A program made the position numbers and the translations under genes. DNA of 64,000 nt from Guillardia theta CCMP2712 (Eukaryota; Protista; Cryptophyta), in NCBI RefSeq assembly GCF_000315625.1, contig NW_005434668.1, positions 1,096,981 to 1,160,980 of the forward strand, in the 5' to 3' direction. The notes below the pieces were generated by a model that saw nothing but the letters and a program-made list of their open reading frames with translations, was not told the DNA's origin and did no database searches. This document shows, in pieces, positions 1-11,518 of this stretch. The number at the start of each line of letters is the position of its first letter. Position 1 is the first letter of the stretch.

Positions 1-807
1 TCCAAGAGAAAGACACTGTGAGCTTTTGCCTGTGATGTTTGTCTTCATTTTCTGTTTTCTTGTCTTCTCTTCATGTTTCGTTCTGCAGTTGACTTGTCCT
101 TGTGCTTTACAGTGCAAGTTCGCCCGAGCGGATGAAGCGCTTCAGTTGTCGACTACTCCATCGTCTCTGCCCTGCCGGTCAAGTGAGGAGGACAGAGGGA
201 GCAGTGCTGACGTGTGACGTAGAGAGGGAGAGCACGAAGAGATCAAGGAGGTTCTGCGGGACGCGATCGCTCGAGGGAAGTCGGGTGGATGTATATACAT
301 ATCAGGTGGGCTGGACTGACAGTGGTGACTCTGATTGTGGGTACGACGGTTTCGATGTTGGAGAACGATTGTTGTGAAGACGATGTTTGTTGTGAAGACT
401 GTGGGAATGTTGTGGTGAAGTTGCCAGAATGATCTCATGCTTGTTGGTCTTGAGCGCTTGATTTCAATTTGATACCCTTCTTGTGCTTGACTTGTTGTGC
501 ATTATACTTGTGTTTTCAATGACGAGTCTTCTAGGAGTTCCAGGGACAGGAAAGACAGCAAGTGTGCATGCAGTGATCAAGGACATGAAAGCTGAATCTG
601 ACAAGGGGGTCAGCAGTTCGACATGGTCTGATGCGACCTTGTGATCTCCTTTCCTCCAGTCTCTTGAACCCTTCATCTACATCGAGATCAACGGGCAACG
701 ACTCCCCAAGCCCAACGTGTTGTACTCCGTACTCTTGCAGGTTCGGAGAAAAACTGATCGGAGACTGTGGAAAGAATGATGATTGAAATGATTTTCTTGG
801 AGATAGT

Positions 808-838
<31 letters not shown>

Positions 839-1086
839 ATTATGATGATGAAAAATGCGATGACGACAATAACGATCATTCTACTTTTCTTTCACAGGGG
901 TTGACAGGGAAGAAGACAGATCCTGTTCAAGCAGCGATCTCTCTTGATTCTTATTTCGGTTCTCGCTCGGGCCTGCGCCGACCAGTCTGGTAAAGAGAGG
1001 AAAAGAAGGAGAAAAGCGTCTTGATGCTTTCGGTTTTAGCGTCTTGCTCGTGGATGAGCTCGATTATCTCATCACAAGAAAGCAGG

Positions 1087-1125
<39 letters not shown>

Positions 1126-2785
1126 CCTTGCTTGTTCACTTCATCAATGATGTGCGAACAGACTGTCCTCTATAATCTCTTCGAGTGGCCGACGCGCAAG
1201 CACGCAAGGTTGATCGTTTTAGGAGGTGAGGAAGAGGAGGAGGACGAAAAGGAGGAGGAGGAGGAGGAGGTGGTGGTGGTGGTGGTGGTGGAGGAGGAGG
1301 AGGAGAGGTCCTCTCTGCTCACTCTACACCTGTCAGTTGCCAACACCATGGATCTGCCGGAGAGAATGCTTCCTCGAGTGTGCAGTCGTCTAGGTTGATC
1401 CCCAAGGATCGTTTGCTGTAGATGACGTCACGCCAGGCCTTCGTCGCATCACTTTTGCTCCTTACAACCATCAGCAGCTCCAGGTCCCCTCCTCAGCTCG
1501 ATTTTCTTCCTGCTCCTCACTTCTTCATGCAGGAGATCATCTCGTCTCGTCTCGCTGATCTGGAGGCCTTCGACGCCAAGGCTGTGGAGTTGTGCTCTCG
1601 CAAGGTGGCAAAGGATGAAGGAGGGAGGAGGGGGAGGCAGGAGGGGAGTGCGGGGAGGATGGCGACGGCAGGAGAGCGGAAGAACAGTTGAGCAGCCAGC
1701 TGACGTTGCATTATTAGGTTGCTGCTGTCTCGGGTGATGTCCGCAAGGCACTGCAACTCTGCCGGTAGGAAGGAAGGAAGGAATGAGGAGGAGGAGGAGG
1801 AGGAGGAGGAGGAGGAGGAGGAGGAGGAGGAGGAGGAGGAGGAGGAGGAGGAGGAGGAGGAGGAGGAGGAGGAGGAGGAGTTGCGATTTACTGGAGGTCA
1901 GATATGCATGCGAGCTCGCCAGGCAAGACAAGTCAGACTTTGTCTCCCTCAAGCACATCGAGGTCTTGATTTGTATTCAAACTTCCTTCTTCCTCCCCTC
2001 TGACTCTCCTTCAGATGGCAGTGAAACAGTTGTTCAGCAACCCGTACGTCGCTGCCGTGCAAGGGGTGAGCATAGACAGTTTGGTCGCCTCCTCTTACTT
2101 TGGTTTGCAGTCTTCTCTGCTGGAGAAGATTGTGATTTGCTCAGCTGTGCAGCTTGTAAATCACATATCCCCTCCTCCTCCCCCCTTCCTCAGTTGTTCC
2201 CCTCCTCTCTTCTCCTTCCCTCCCTCCTCCATCTCCAGGACAGCCACAATCGTCTTGCCGCCCCTGACGCATGGTCAAAGATGAAGGAAACGGGCGATAC
2301 AAACCTGTCTGTAGAGCACATCCACGACCGAACTGTGGAAATACACAGGTGGCTTGACTAGCAAGCAAACATTCAAGAGCAGCTGAAAGCTCTTGGCAGG
2401 CAGCTCAACTTCGAAGACCCTCCTTCCTCGCAGCTCTCAGCTGCTTGTGCCCGCCTGCAGGAGACAAGGGTATTCACTCCACAGGTTCCTCACGTCTCCT
2501 CCCCTTATCGACCTCTCACTCTCTACAGGGTGATTGGTGGCGGCAAACCGACAAGGTGGCGGTGAACATTCAAGGTGAGATACTTCACGCATTGTTGGTC
2601 CACAGTGTCATCTTCAACACTTCCATCTCAACCGCTCTCATCATCATCATCATCATCATCATCATCTTGATATCAGTGTCTACTCTCCCACATGTGTTGA
2701 GACTGTCACAGGGGATGATGTGTGCTTCGCTCTACGTCAAGACAGCATGCTTGCCAGCATCGCCTCTGCTCTTGTTGGCTTTTGA
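1..2785 (+). CDS. ORC1: Origin recognition complex subunit 1 (ORC1/CDC6 AAA+ family), multi-exon, 5' end outside window
   Basis: Spliced exons read LQLSTTPSSLPCR-EGEHEEIKEVLRDAI..GGCIYIS|GVPGTGKTASV (Walker A), IEINGQRL, DELDYLITRK (Walker B), QTVLYNLFEWP, ANTMDLPERMLPRVCSRLG, SGDVRKALQLCR, and end DDVCFALRQD..GF* at 2785. Confidence 0.92.
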
Positions 2786-3013
2786 TCGCACAGCAGAACA
2801 TGGTCAACGTGTAAAATAGATTTTCTTCCTTTATTACACTCATTGCTTCAGCATCCTAGCGAGCAATCAAGACAGGCTTGCCCAAACAAAGGACAGCAGA
2901 GACAATCGTCTGCAAACTGACGACATGCCACTAACCACAAGCAGGGGAGGCAACTCAAACGGCAGCCATGCCTCGGAGATGAGTATACGAACTAGACACT
3001 TTACACGGTATTT

Positions 3014-3932
3014 TTACATGGAGGTTGACGCAGCTTGCTTGGGAGCCTCTTCGACCTTAGCAGCGGCTGGCTGGCTCTTGTTCTTATAGTCCTTGATCGC
3101 GGCCTTGATCGCATCCTCTGCCAGCATAGAGCAGTGAAGCTTCACAGGGGGCAGGCTCAGGTGCTTGGCGATCTCCGTGTTCTTGATCTTGGACGCCTCG
3201 TCGATGTGCATCCCCTTCACCCACTCGGTGGCTACGGAGCTACTGGCGATGGCAGAACCACATCCAAACGTCTGCGAGCATCGTCAGAACTCCAGCGTTG
3301 TCTCCACCCCCTCTGCTCTCACCTTGAAGACTGCATCCTGAATCTTGCCGTCCTCTCCGACCTTGATCTGGAGCTTCATAACGTCACCGCACGCGGGCGC
3401 TCCAACAAGGCCTGATCACCACAAGGTCAACTGGACTCTTATCATGACAGCTGACTTTGAACCTGTTCCAACAGCCTTGTCCCCCTTGTCGAAGGAACCA
3501 ACATTCTTGGGACTTTCGTAATGATCAATCACTTTCTGCAAACAAAGCGTCAGACTTCAGATGGCCATTACATCACGATCGGGTTTTCCATGTTCCAATC
3601 GACAACAAGATCGACATGCTTACTGTATTCGATCACTCCATCTCTCTTTGTCTACGACAATGAGCCCATTTCTTCCGTATCTTGCATCTACAAGTACCTT
3701 CTTACTTCCCTTCCCTTCACCTCCCTTCCTCTCCCCTCCCTCCTTTCCTTTCCCTCATCTTCTGTCTTATGTTCGCTTCGCCTCTCGTCTCGTCTCGTCT
3801 CGTCTCGTCTCGTCTCGTCTCCTCTTGCCTGATCTTCTTCTCTTTCCTCGTCTCGTCTCTGCATCGTCTCACCTGGTGATATCCCCTAGCAGGTGTCGCT
3901 CTCGCGACCAGCGTGGCGCAGCGGCGCAGCAT
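3014..3932 (-). CDS. ISCU: Mitochondrial iron-sulfur cluster scaffold protein IscU/Isu1
   Basis: Arg-rich transit-like start MLRRCATLVARATPARGYHQ, then IDHYESPKNVGSF, LVGAPACGDVMKLQI, TFGCGSAIASSS, LSLPPVKLHCSMLAEDAIKAA (three Cys and the LPPVK motif). Confidence 0.96.
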
Positions 3933-3959
3933 GGCTGATGAAGGCGTCTAAGGTCTCCG

Positions 3960-4140
3960 CTACCTTCTATATGGCCTTCCTGGGGGGTAGGGGTAGAGCT
4001 GACGGGTACAATGGAATGAAGAGGGTCCCCATGACTTGAATAGACGGGGTCATTTAAGGGATAAACATAGGGTACTCGGTGGCATCAGAGGGTGGGGGTG
4101 TCTCGAAGTGTGTGTGCATTCAACCAAGTGGGGTGGTCTC
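3960..4140. promoter_or_regulatory. GGGT(A/G)/GGGTAC motif cluster upstream of ISCU
   Basis: ggggggtaggggtag, cgggtac, gggtactc, gggtgggggtg and ggggtggt lie within ~200 bp of the ISCU start. Similar clusters occur at other gene starts. Confidence 0.45.
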
Positions 4141-4616
4141 GGACGAAGAAGAAGCGCTTTTAAAACATTATAGTTTCCAAATGCTTGTTTTTATTTTGAA
4201 AAATAAGAACAGATGTTTGAATGATGTACAGGCAAAGTACTCATGCACCATTATAACACAGTTTTTAACGTTTCAAATGGAACAAAATTATTGATTTTTC
4301 AATATAGATCAACAGAATTATTCTACAGATCTTCGAAAATTTTCTCCCCTTTTTAAGTATGTTTTAATATCTGTACTGTTTGCGCTTTTGCGGCTCTTTG
4401 TGCATAATTTTAAACTTCTCTAAAACTAATATATATAAACAACTATTTTTAAAATCACAGCCCTCGTCCCCGCAAACTGTTCATGGATAGTTTCGGATAC
4501 TCTCACGGATATTGATATGGATACATGTCGGATCGATTCCCGGATATTTACGGATACGTCGAGTCGTCCGGTTATAGCGCAATGGCCAGTCCGGCATTGC
4601 AGTAAAGAAACATCTG

Positions 4617-4835
4617 TCTTTCTCTCCCTCTCTTTCTCTCCCTCTCTCCCTCTCTCTCTCTTCCTCTCCCTCTCTTTCTCTCCCTCTCTTCCTCTCCCTC
4701 TCTTTCTCTCTCTCTCTTCCTCTCCCTCTCTCCCTCTCCCTCTCTTCCTCTCCCTCTCTTTCTCTCCCTCTCTTTCTCTCCCTCTCTTCCTCTCCCTCTC
4801 TTTCTCTCCCTCTCTTTCTCTCCCTCTCTTCTTCG
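4617..4835. repeat. CT-rich compound microsatellite
   Basis: Long (CT/CCT/CTT) polypyrimidine tract. Confidence 0.9.
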
Positions 4836-5175
4836 CTTCTCCTTGCATTCATTGAGCTGTTGCTACTCCCAGATCGTGACCACAATGTTTCTGTACATTC
4901 ACTGATTTCTCCGAATGTTATTGTTGCGTTTGGTCATGGAGTATTGGATGATTGCTTTTGCATTCCTTGAATCGTCTTGATGTCAGTTCGATGATATTCT
5001 GCCAAATAGGATCGTTCTACATGGCGATGGTGTTTTTTGAATTGGAAGTGTTAGATTGAGCGCTGTGAGTGTAAAATAGAAATCAGAATACCTCACTGTA
5101 GCAAGTCTCTATCGATTCTTCTTGTTCATGCTTTCATGTCCGAGAGAGGCAATCTGATCGTCTTGATCCTAGCAG

Positions 5176-5750
5176 GTACACTATCTAGAGCGTCACTTGG
5201 ATATGTTCGCCTTGGTTCAGCACTTGGACGAGCTCCGAGAAACGGAGCTGATGGCTCCTCGAAACCTTCCTCCCCTCCACAACCAGAACTGCAACATGGG
5301 CCCTCTTTGCGACTCGATCTGGGACCCAACCTTCACTCCTTCTCCTGAGGTAGAAAGCCGTCTCCGCTCCATCTTCGAGCATTCCACGATTGTGAAAGCA
5401 AGCTCCTCTTGATCTGTTCTAGAACGAACTTAGCCTTCTGGAGTGCAGGACAACGGTTCCAGATTAAAACTTGATTAGAAGTTAAATGCTGATTGACGCG
5501 ACAGAGAGATATCATTTGCGGGCTGATAGACTTGTGTTTGCAAGTGTATGCGATATTTTGGTACGAGGATTATGGTACTGTTGTAGGATCTCTCTCCCAG
5601 TCTAGACTTTCAGCCTTCTCAGGGTTAGACTGCGCGACGAGTCATCGGAGGCTTCTGATCGCATTCGTTTCTGAGGCCATGCTTCCGAGGAGGAAAACTG
5701 CGCATCGCGTATGGTCAGCTGTCAATTGCCAGATGAGGACGAAACCGTGA
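5176..5750 (+). CDS. Possible hypothetical protein (fragmentary exons)
   Basis: Acceptor ctagcag followed by an open exon VHYLERHLDMFALVQHLDELRETE...IFEHST. No recognisable domain. Confidence 0.3.
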
Positions 5751-6188
5751 GTGAGGGGAGAACACAAAAGTCGCAATTCATGAAGTCGGCGGTCTAGATC
5801 AGCATGAAAAATTTCGAGCAGTAGAACACTGAGGGAGTTAGGATCATCAGAAATCCGATAGAGGGAGGGAGTTGTTCATCGACCTCTGGTTTCGATTGCA
5901 AAAATCCGTCGAGTGGCTCAAACGGTTGACTTCATCGTCTTCCGCTTGTTGAGAATATGAAACAACCGCCCTTAGAGAAAAGCATGATAGTAGACTCGCT
6001 CTTGACTTGTACCACACCAGTAGCTCAGCACGACCACTGTGAGACAAACTGGTTCAGTAGCCTTGTGGGTGAAAGTTGGAATTCTTAATAATTATGTATA
6101 ATTATCATATTTTATACATAAATTTGTATGATAATACAAAAAGTTAATAATTATATGATCCCCTTGCGAGTTGCTACCGGCAACTGCC

Positions 6189-9100
6189 ATGGCGGCTCCC
6201 TTCAACCCGGAGAGCCTGGCGGAGTGGAAGAAATGGCAGCGTCTGCAAGGGCTGCGAGACGACGAGGTGAGGGACGTGGAAAGTTCGAGGGGAAGAACGC
6301 AGCCATGCAGCTGTCAGTGAGCTGAGATAGAAGCACAAGTCACTCGAGTCTCCTCGCTCCTCTCATCGATACCATGCAGGCGGAGCAGTACGTTCACAAG
6401 TACTCTGTCTTCACCAAGAAAGAGATCTTTGATTTCTGGAAGGTGACTCGTTAAAGCTGGCTCGCATGGTGGCGGGGTTGTTAATCTGTTCCGCAATGCT
6501 CAGGAGTTCGTGGACTACGATCTTGATGGGTCAGGAGAGCTCGACAGTCTGGAGATCATGAGCTTGTTTGGGTGAGTTGAATTCGCTTCCTCCTCTTCTC
6601 GTATCTGCTGAGCGAGCTCTGCTCTAGGAAATTCGGGGAGCCAATCTCGCTGAGGGCAGCCAAGGCGATCGTCTCAGGGTTCGCAGAGGGAGAGGACGGG
6701 ATCAACTTCAACGCGTTCTTGAGGGTGATGTACGGCATCAAGACAGGTCATGCACTCACTTTGCTAGTTCAAGTCATGACATTAAGATGAAGGGACTATC
6801 GATGCGAAGAACATGTTTGTCAGAGCGTATGTTTTGCAAAGGTTGCTTTCTCGAGTGATATCATCCCACCTGTATTGACCGCCTGTTTGAAGGGCAACCA
6901 ACGAGAATGTGCTGGAAATGGCAAGAACAAGCTCGTCCTATCTCACGTGATATTCGTTGTTCATCGATGTTGCTCCTCATTCGCGCTGTGAACAGAGAGC
7001 TCTCCCTCGCGAATCGCAAAGAGCTCGGACAAGATGGCAGAGTTTATGACGCTCTCAAGTTCAACTCAGTCCTCACCAGCCTCGACCTCTCGCTGTGCGA
7101 TCTGGGACCATTACATGCTACTGACATCTCAGAGGTATCCTTGCAGCCTCTTGCATCAGCTGCGGTGATCGTGACGGCCTGCAGGCACTGCTTGACAACT
7201 CCCAGCTGACGCGACTGACTCTGAGTCACAACCCCATTGGCGACGAAGGCTTCCAGAAGCTTGCTAGCTCCCTGTGCATGGCGACGGACTCGCGTTCTGC
7301 TTGGGAGCAGGTCGACAGGTCTGAAGTCTCTTGTCAAAGAGCTTGACGATAGACGGTGTGCAGGTGCAAGACGCCAAGGATGAGATGCAGGACTTGAGGA
7401 GAGACTATTCCTCGGTGAACAGCGAGTACAACAAGTACCTGGCGGAGTTGAGAGAGATGAACGGAATCATTGTACAAAAGAACGGCAACTCTTCCCTTCT
7501 CTGGCGGGATCAAGTCCTCATAATCCAGCTTTTGTTGTTCCTCTGACTCTATTGCAGACGGCAAGAAGGCGATTCGAGGACATGCGGAAGAAGAAAGACT
7601 CCATGCTGAACGAGCTCGAGGTGGCGGGGTTGAGAGAGATCGATGCGGTGCAGTACTACGCGAAGCAGAAGGGAAACGCGTTCCTCAAGGAGCTCAGGTG
7701 CAAGAACTGCTACATCTACGACGAGGGAGGGCACATGATGGCCGAAACCCTTCGATGGAACCGCACGCTCACTGTCCTCGACCTCGGCAGGAACTCCATC
7801 GGTCACAGCGGAACTATTGCTCTCGCTGCAGCCCTCGCCCACCATCCCACCCTGACGAGCTTGAACCTAGAAGGGAACGTGTTCGGGTCCGAGGCTGGGA
7901 AGGCGCTTGCGCAGATGCTGAGGAGCAACACGTGTCTGACCGCGTGCTACCTGGCTGACAACTCGATAGCGGACAACGGGACAGAAGAATTCACTGAGAT
8001 GCTGAAGGTGAACACGACCTTGCAGAGCCTGGACCTCAGCGGCAACATCGTGCAAGCTGACTGCGCGTTGAGGTTTGCAAAGACCATCTCTGAGTGCCAA
8101 GTCACTCCCATCCTCACCGAGTTCAAGCTGCTTCGCAACGACATCGAGATCGAAGTTCAGCATCGCATCACCGTTGTGCTGGGCTACAACTGGATCTGCA
8201 ACAAGGCTGTCAAGGGAATCTCAGGCAAGTACCGCCAGCAGCTCAAGTACGAAGAAGCGATCGCGGCGCTCACCGACGAGCAATCTGCCATGATCTCCAG
8301 CGCCTTCAATGCGTTCGACATGGACGGGTCGGGAGAGCTGGAGCGTGAGGAGTTCGAGGAGGCGCTGGTGCATGTGGGGCTGGAGGTGCCCAAGGAGGAG
8401 GTGGACGAGATGATGGCGGTCATGGACACGGACGGGTCGGGGACGATCAACTTCAGCGAGTTCCAGCGCGCCATGGCTGTCATGCTGATCAAGAAGGGGC
8501 CGGATGAGGGAGACGAGACGTCGGACCTGTCGGACGAGCTCATAGCCGACGAGCTGCTGGTAGAGCAGATGATGTTTGCGGGGGGGCTCTACGACCCAGC
8601 TCAGGTCTTCCCCGAGGCCATGAACTGGTCGGATCAGGGGCTGCGGAAGGAGTCCTACCCTGCTCTCCGGCTGGGCTACAGGATTCTCTGCCAGATGGAG
8701 AAGAACATCTCTCTGTCCGACAAGCATCTTGTCGCTGTGAAACGAATTCTGATGTTCCTCGGGTACGACCGCGTCATGATTAAGACCATGCTGCCGTTCA
8801 CTGCTCGGAGGCTGAGGGAGGACCTGACTAAGTTCGACATCTTCAAAGAGCAGTCGAGCTCTGGGCTCAGCGAGCTGGAGAGCAGGTTGAACTCGGTGGA
8901 AACTCCCGAGGACGATGTTTCTAGACTAGACCAGGCAGTGTTGTGGCTCTTTCGCGGTATCCCAGCATTTAAGGTGTGAGGAAGGCTCTTGTTGATTCTT
9001 GGTGTGGAGAGGGGGATGACTGGAGATTATTCTTTATCAGACATGTTGATTATTCTTTATCAGACATGTTGATTATTCTTTATCAGACATGTTGATTGTT

Positions 9101-9339
9101 CTTTATCAGACATGTTGATTGTTCTTTATCAGACATGTTGATTATTCTTTATCAGACATGTTGATTATTCTTTATCAGACATGTTGATTGTTCTTTATTA
9201 CAGACATAGATCGTACTTATCACAGACATCTCCGTCATCCCTGATTGCCTTCAAACAAACGCATATCAGGAGTATCCCTTGGCTCCCCCGCGCTGATCGA
9301 CCATCTAGCTCCTCCTCCATGTGCCTGCAGCACGTTTAG
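6189..9339 (+). CDS. EF-hand plus RNI-like leucine-rich-repeat protein
   Basis: Start MAAPFNPESLAEW. N-terminal EF hand DYDLDGSGELDSLE, RNI-type LRRs (LTSLDLSLCDLG, LTVLDLGRNSIG, LTSLNLEGNVFG, LQSLDLSGNIV), and a second EF-hand pair DMDGSGELEREE / DTDGSGTINFSE. The 3' end is either 8979 or a final exon ending at 9339. Confidence 0.85.
9025..9207 (+). repeat. 23-bp tandem repeat (GATT(A/G)TTCTTTATCAGACATGTT), 7 copies plus a partial
   Basis: Head-to-tail copies visible directly, with no spacers. Confidence 0.95.
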
Positions 9340-10951
9340 TTCCACCTCCTCCGCCCCCCTGCTGGGCGGCTCTTCTTACCCTCCTCAGCAACCAGGACGT
9401 CCTCCTGCTCCCAGCCGCCTTGGCGCGATCGGCCGGGGTCAACCCATGCCTGCCCAGTGTCAGGGAGGAGGGAAGCAGCATAGGGAGGAGACCAGTTAAT
9501 GACTCGAGCGTTCGAGCCGAGGTTCAAGAGCGTTTGACACGCCTCCTCCCGATCACACGCTGCCGCCCAGTGGAGTGGAGTAGAGCCAAGGCACTGCGAG
9601 GAGGAGCAAGGTGAGACGAGCGTGCTCAGACGTTCCTCCCTCCTCTTACGTTGGGCATGTCAATGACGGCACCGCTCTCAGCCAAGTGCGCGATCTAACG
9701 CCAGGTCGTCAGATGTTCCTCTTGACTTGCTCGCACTCACAACGTCAGTATGTCCACCAGCGGCTGCCAAGTGCATGGAGGTACAGAAGAGCTGGCTGTC
9801 CCTCTTCGCGTTCACATCCGCCCCTTCCTTCAAGGCCTCCTTCAGTAGTTCCATGTCTCCTGCAGACGCAGCCTCCCACAACTTCTCGTTGGCCGCGTCC
9901 TTGAGGACCAGAAGTCAGCGTCAGAGCGGGGAAGAGGAGGAGGAGGAGGAGGAGGAGGAGGGGGAGCTCACGTTCTGCCTCGTCAGGATCTGGGAGTGGT
10001 GGTGATCTGATATGTTCCACTGCAACTTTAGCGTGAAAAAGCTGTGGAGGAGGTTCAGGCATTCTATCGCCTCCTCCTTTCCCCGTGGAGCCGCTTCCAT
10101 GGCAATCTAGGCGCAACGTGAGCTGGGCAAACAACCACCGCGTCTCACATCAAGATCTCCCATCAGCGTCTCTACGTTCAGCGGCAGGGATGGCAGCCGC
10201 TCATCGACCTCTGCGAGGGCTCTCTCTTTCTCCTTCGCGCTATGCTTCCCCTCCTCTTGGACCCGACATCCGTCCAGCGGCGTGAAGTTTTCAAGTTTGA
10301 TCTGGAGGTTCAGTCATGCGAGCAAGAGCGCTAGGACGACATGATCTCACTAAGTCTCTCTTGATCCCAACGAGCTCAGCTTGCACAGGATTCCTCCCCT
10401 CCTGCAGAGCCTGGGGGAATGTATGAGTTTCGAGGGGGAGGAGGAAGAACCTGCTTTCCTGCTCCAACAGCTTCTTGAGGTTCTTTGCAGACATTCGCGA
10501 CTCATCGAGACTCATGAGCTGTCTCAGGTCCACCTCCTCAGGAAGCAGAGCTGCAGTGCGGTAGAACACAGATCGACGAAGCTTGTAGAGGCTCGGATCG
10601 CGCGTCTGCTCCTGGACCCTAGGAGGATTCAAACCATCAGTCATGCCGTCAGCGTACATGTCAGGATCACCCCTCAGATATGACGAGCAGCTGCTCCTCC
10701 CCAATGGCTCGCGGTGAAATAATCTTCCTCCTCGTGCTCAATCCCCTCTGCCGATGATACAGGCTTCCGTGTATCGGTTGCTGCAGGAACAGGATCAGGA
10801 ACGGGATCCTTGCCAGGGATCGTTGGAAGGGACAGGAAGAGAGTTGAGCATGTAGGTCGGGTTTCACCATCATCAGACTCAGCACGAGCAGGATGCATAG
10901 GATCTTCGCACAGGACCATGACGACCATGGCGCTGCTATCGAATCCTTCAT
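9250..10951 (-). CDS. Ankyrin-repeat protein with N-terminal hydrophobic segment (exon joins uncertain; could be two genes)
   Basis: LWEAASAGDMELLKEALKEGADVNAK, TSMHLAAAGGHTDV, GSTPLHWAAACDREEACQTLLNLG and HGLTPAD are ankyrin motifs. Upstream exons read MKDS..KILCILLVLSLMMV and DPSLYKLRRSVFYRTAALLPEEVDLRQL. Confidence 0.7.
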
Positions 10952-11518
10952 TCCACATTTTCCATGTTGCTTCCTGTGCTGGACCACCCTTTGGATCTGT
11001 TTCAGGACCCCCATATCAATATTCCATCACCCATATATTTGACTCAGGGGTAGTAGCACCCCACCCTATCAAAAATATCCAACTGAACGCGGGTAATTTT
11101 GAACGAGATGACGAAAGGGAACGAGCAGTAGAGAAGGAAGGGGAGGGAGGGGGAGGGAGGGGGAGGGAGGGAGGGAGGGAGCGAGGAGCGAGGTCGTTGA
11201 CGACGAGTTGAAGAGACGATGCCATGATGACGATGGTGATGATCGCAAGGAGGCAAGAGTATCCAAGTATGTAGTGATTGATAGTAGGAAGTCCGACAGT
11301 ACGAGCAACGCATGAAGGACGGGTTGAGAGTCGAATGGACCACACAGTTTCTTCAAGTGTTCTCTCTGCGGCATCTGACTCATGTGTTCCTCTCCAGGGG
11401 GGTTGCGAGGCTCTTGGAGGATGAGTTCATGACAGCTTCACTCGCTCCCATATCAAGGAGCAGCTGAGGACTGGGGAGATTGGACAGCAGAGAGTGTGGA
11501 AGGCCTTGGGGACACAGG

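Noticed and set aside
1449-2361. Poly-L, poly-E and poly-R ORFs
   Set aside because: Translations of an intronic (GAG)n microsatellite in ORC1. The same applies to similar ORFs throughout the window.
4560-4605. tRNA-like start (ggttatagcgcaatggcc)
   Set aside because: No T-loop GTTC, anticodon arm or acceptor stem could be formed.
9025-9207. CRISPR-like repeat array
   Set aside because: Repeats are contiguous with no unique spacers, there are no cas genes, and the context is eukaryotic.
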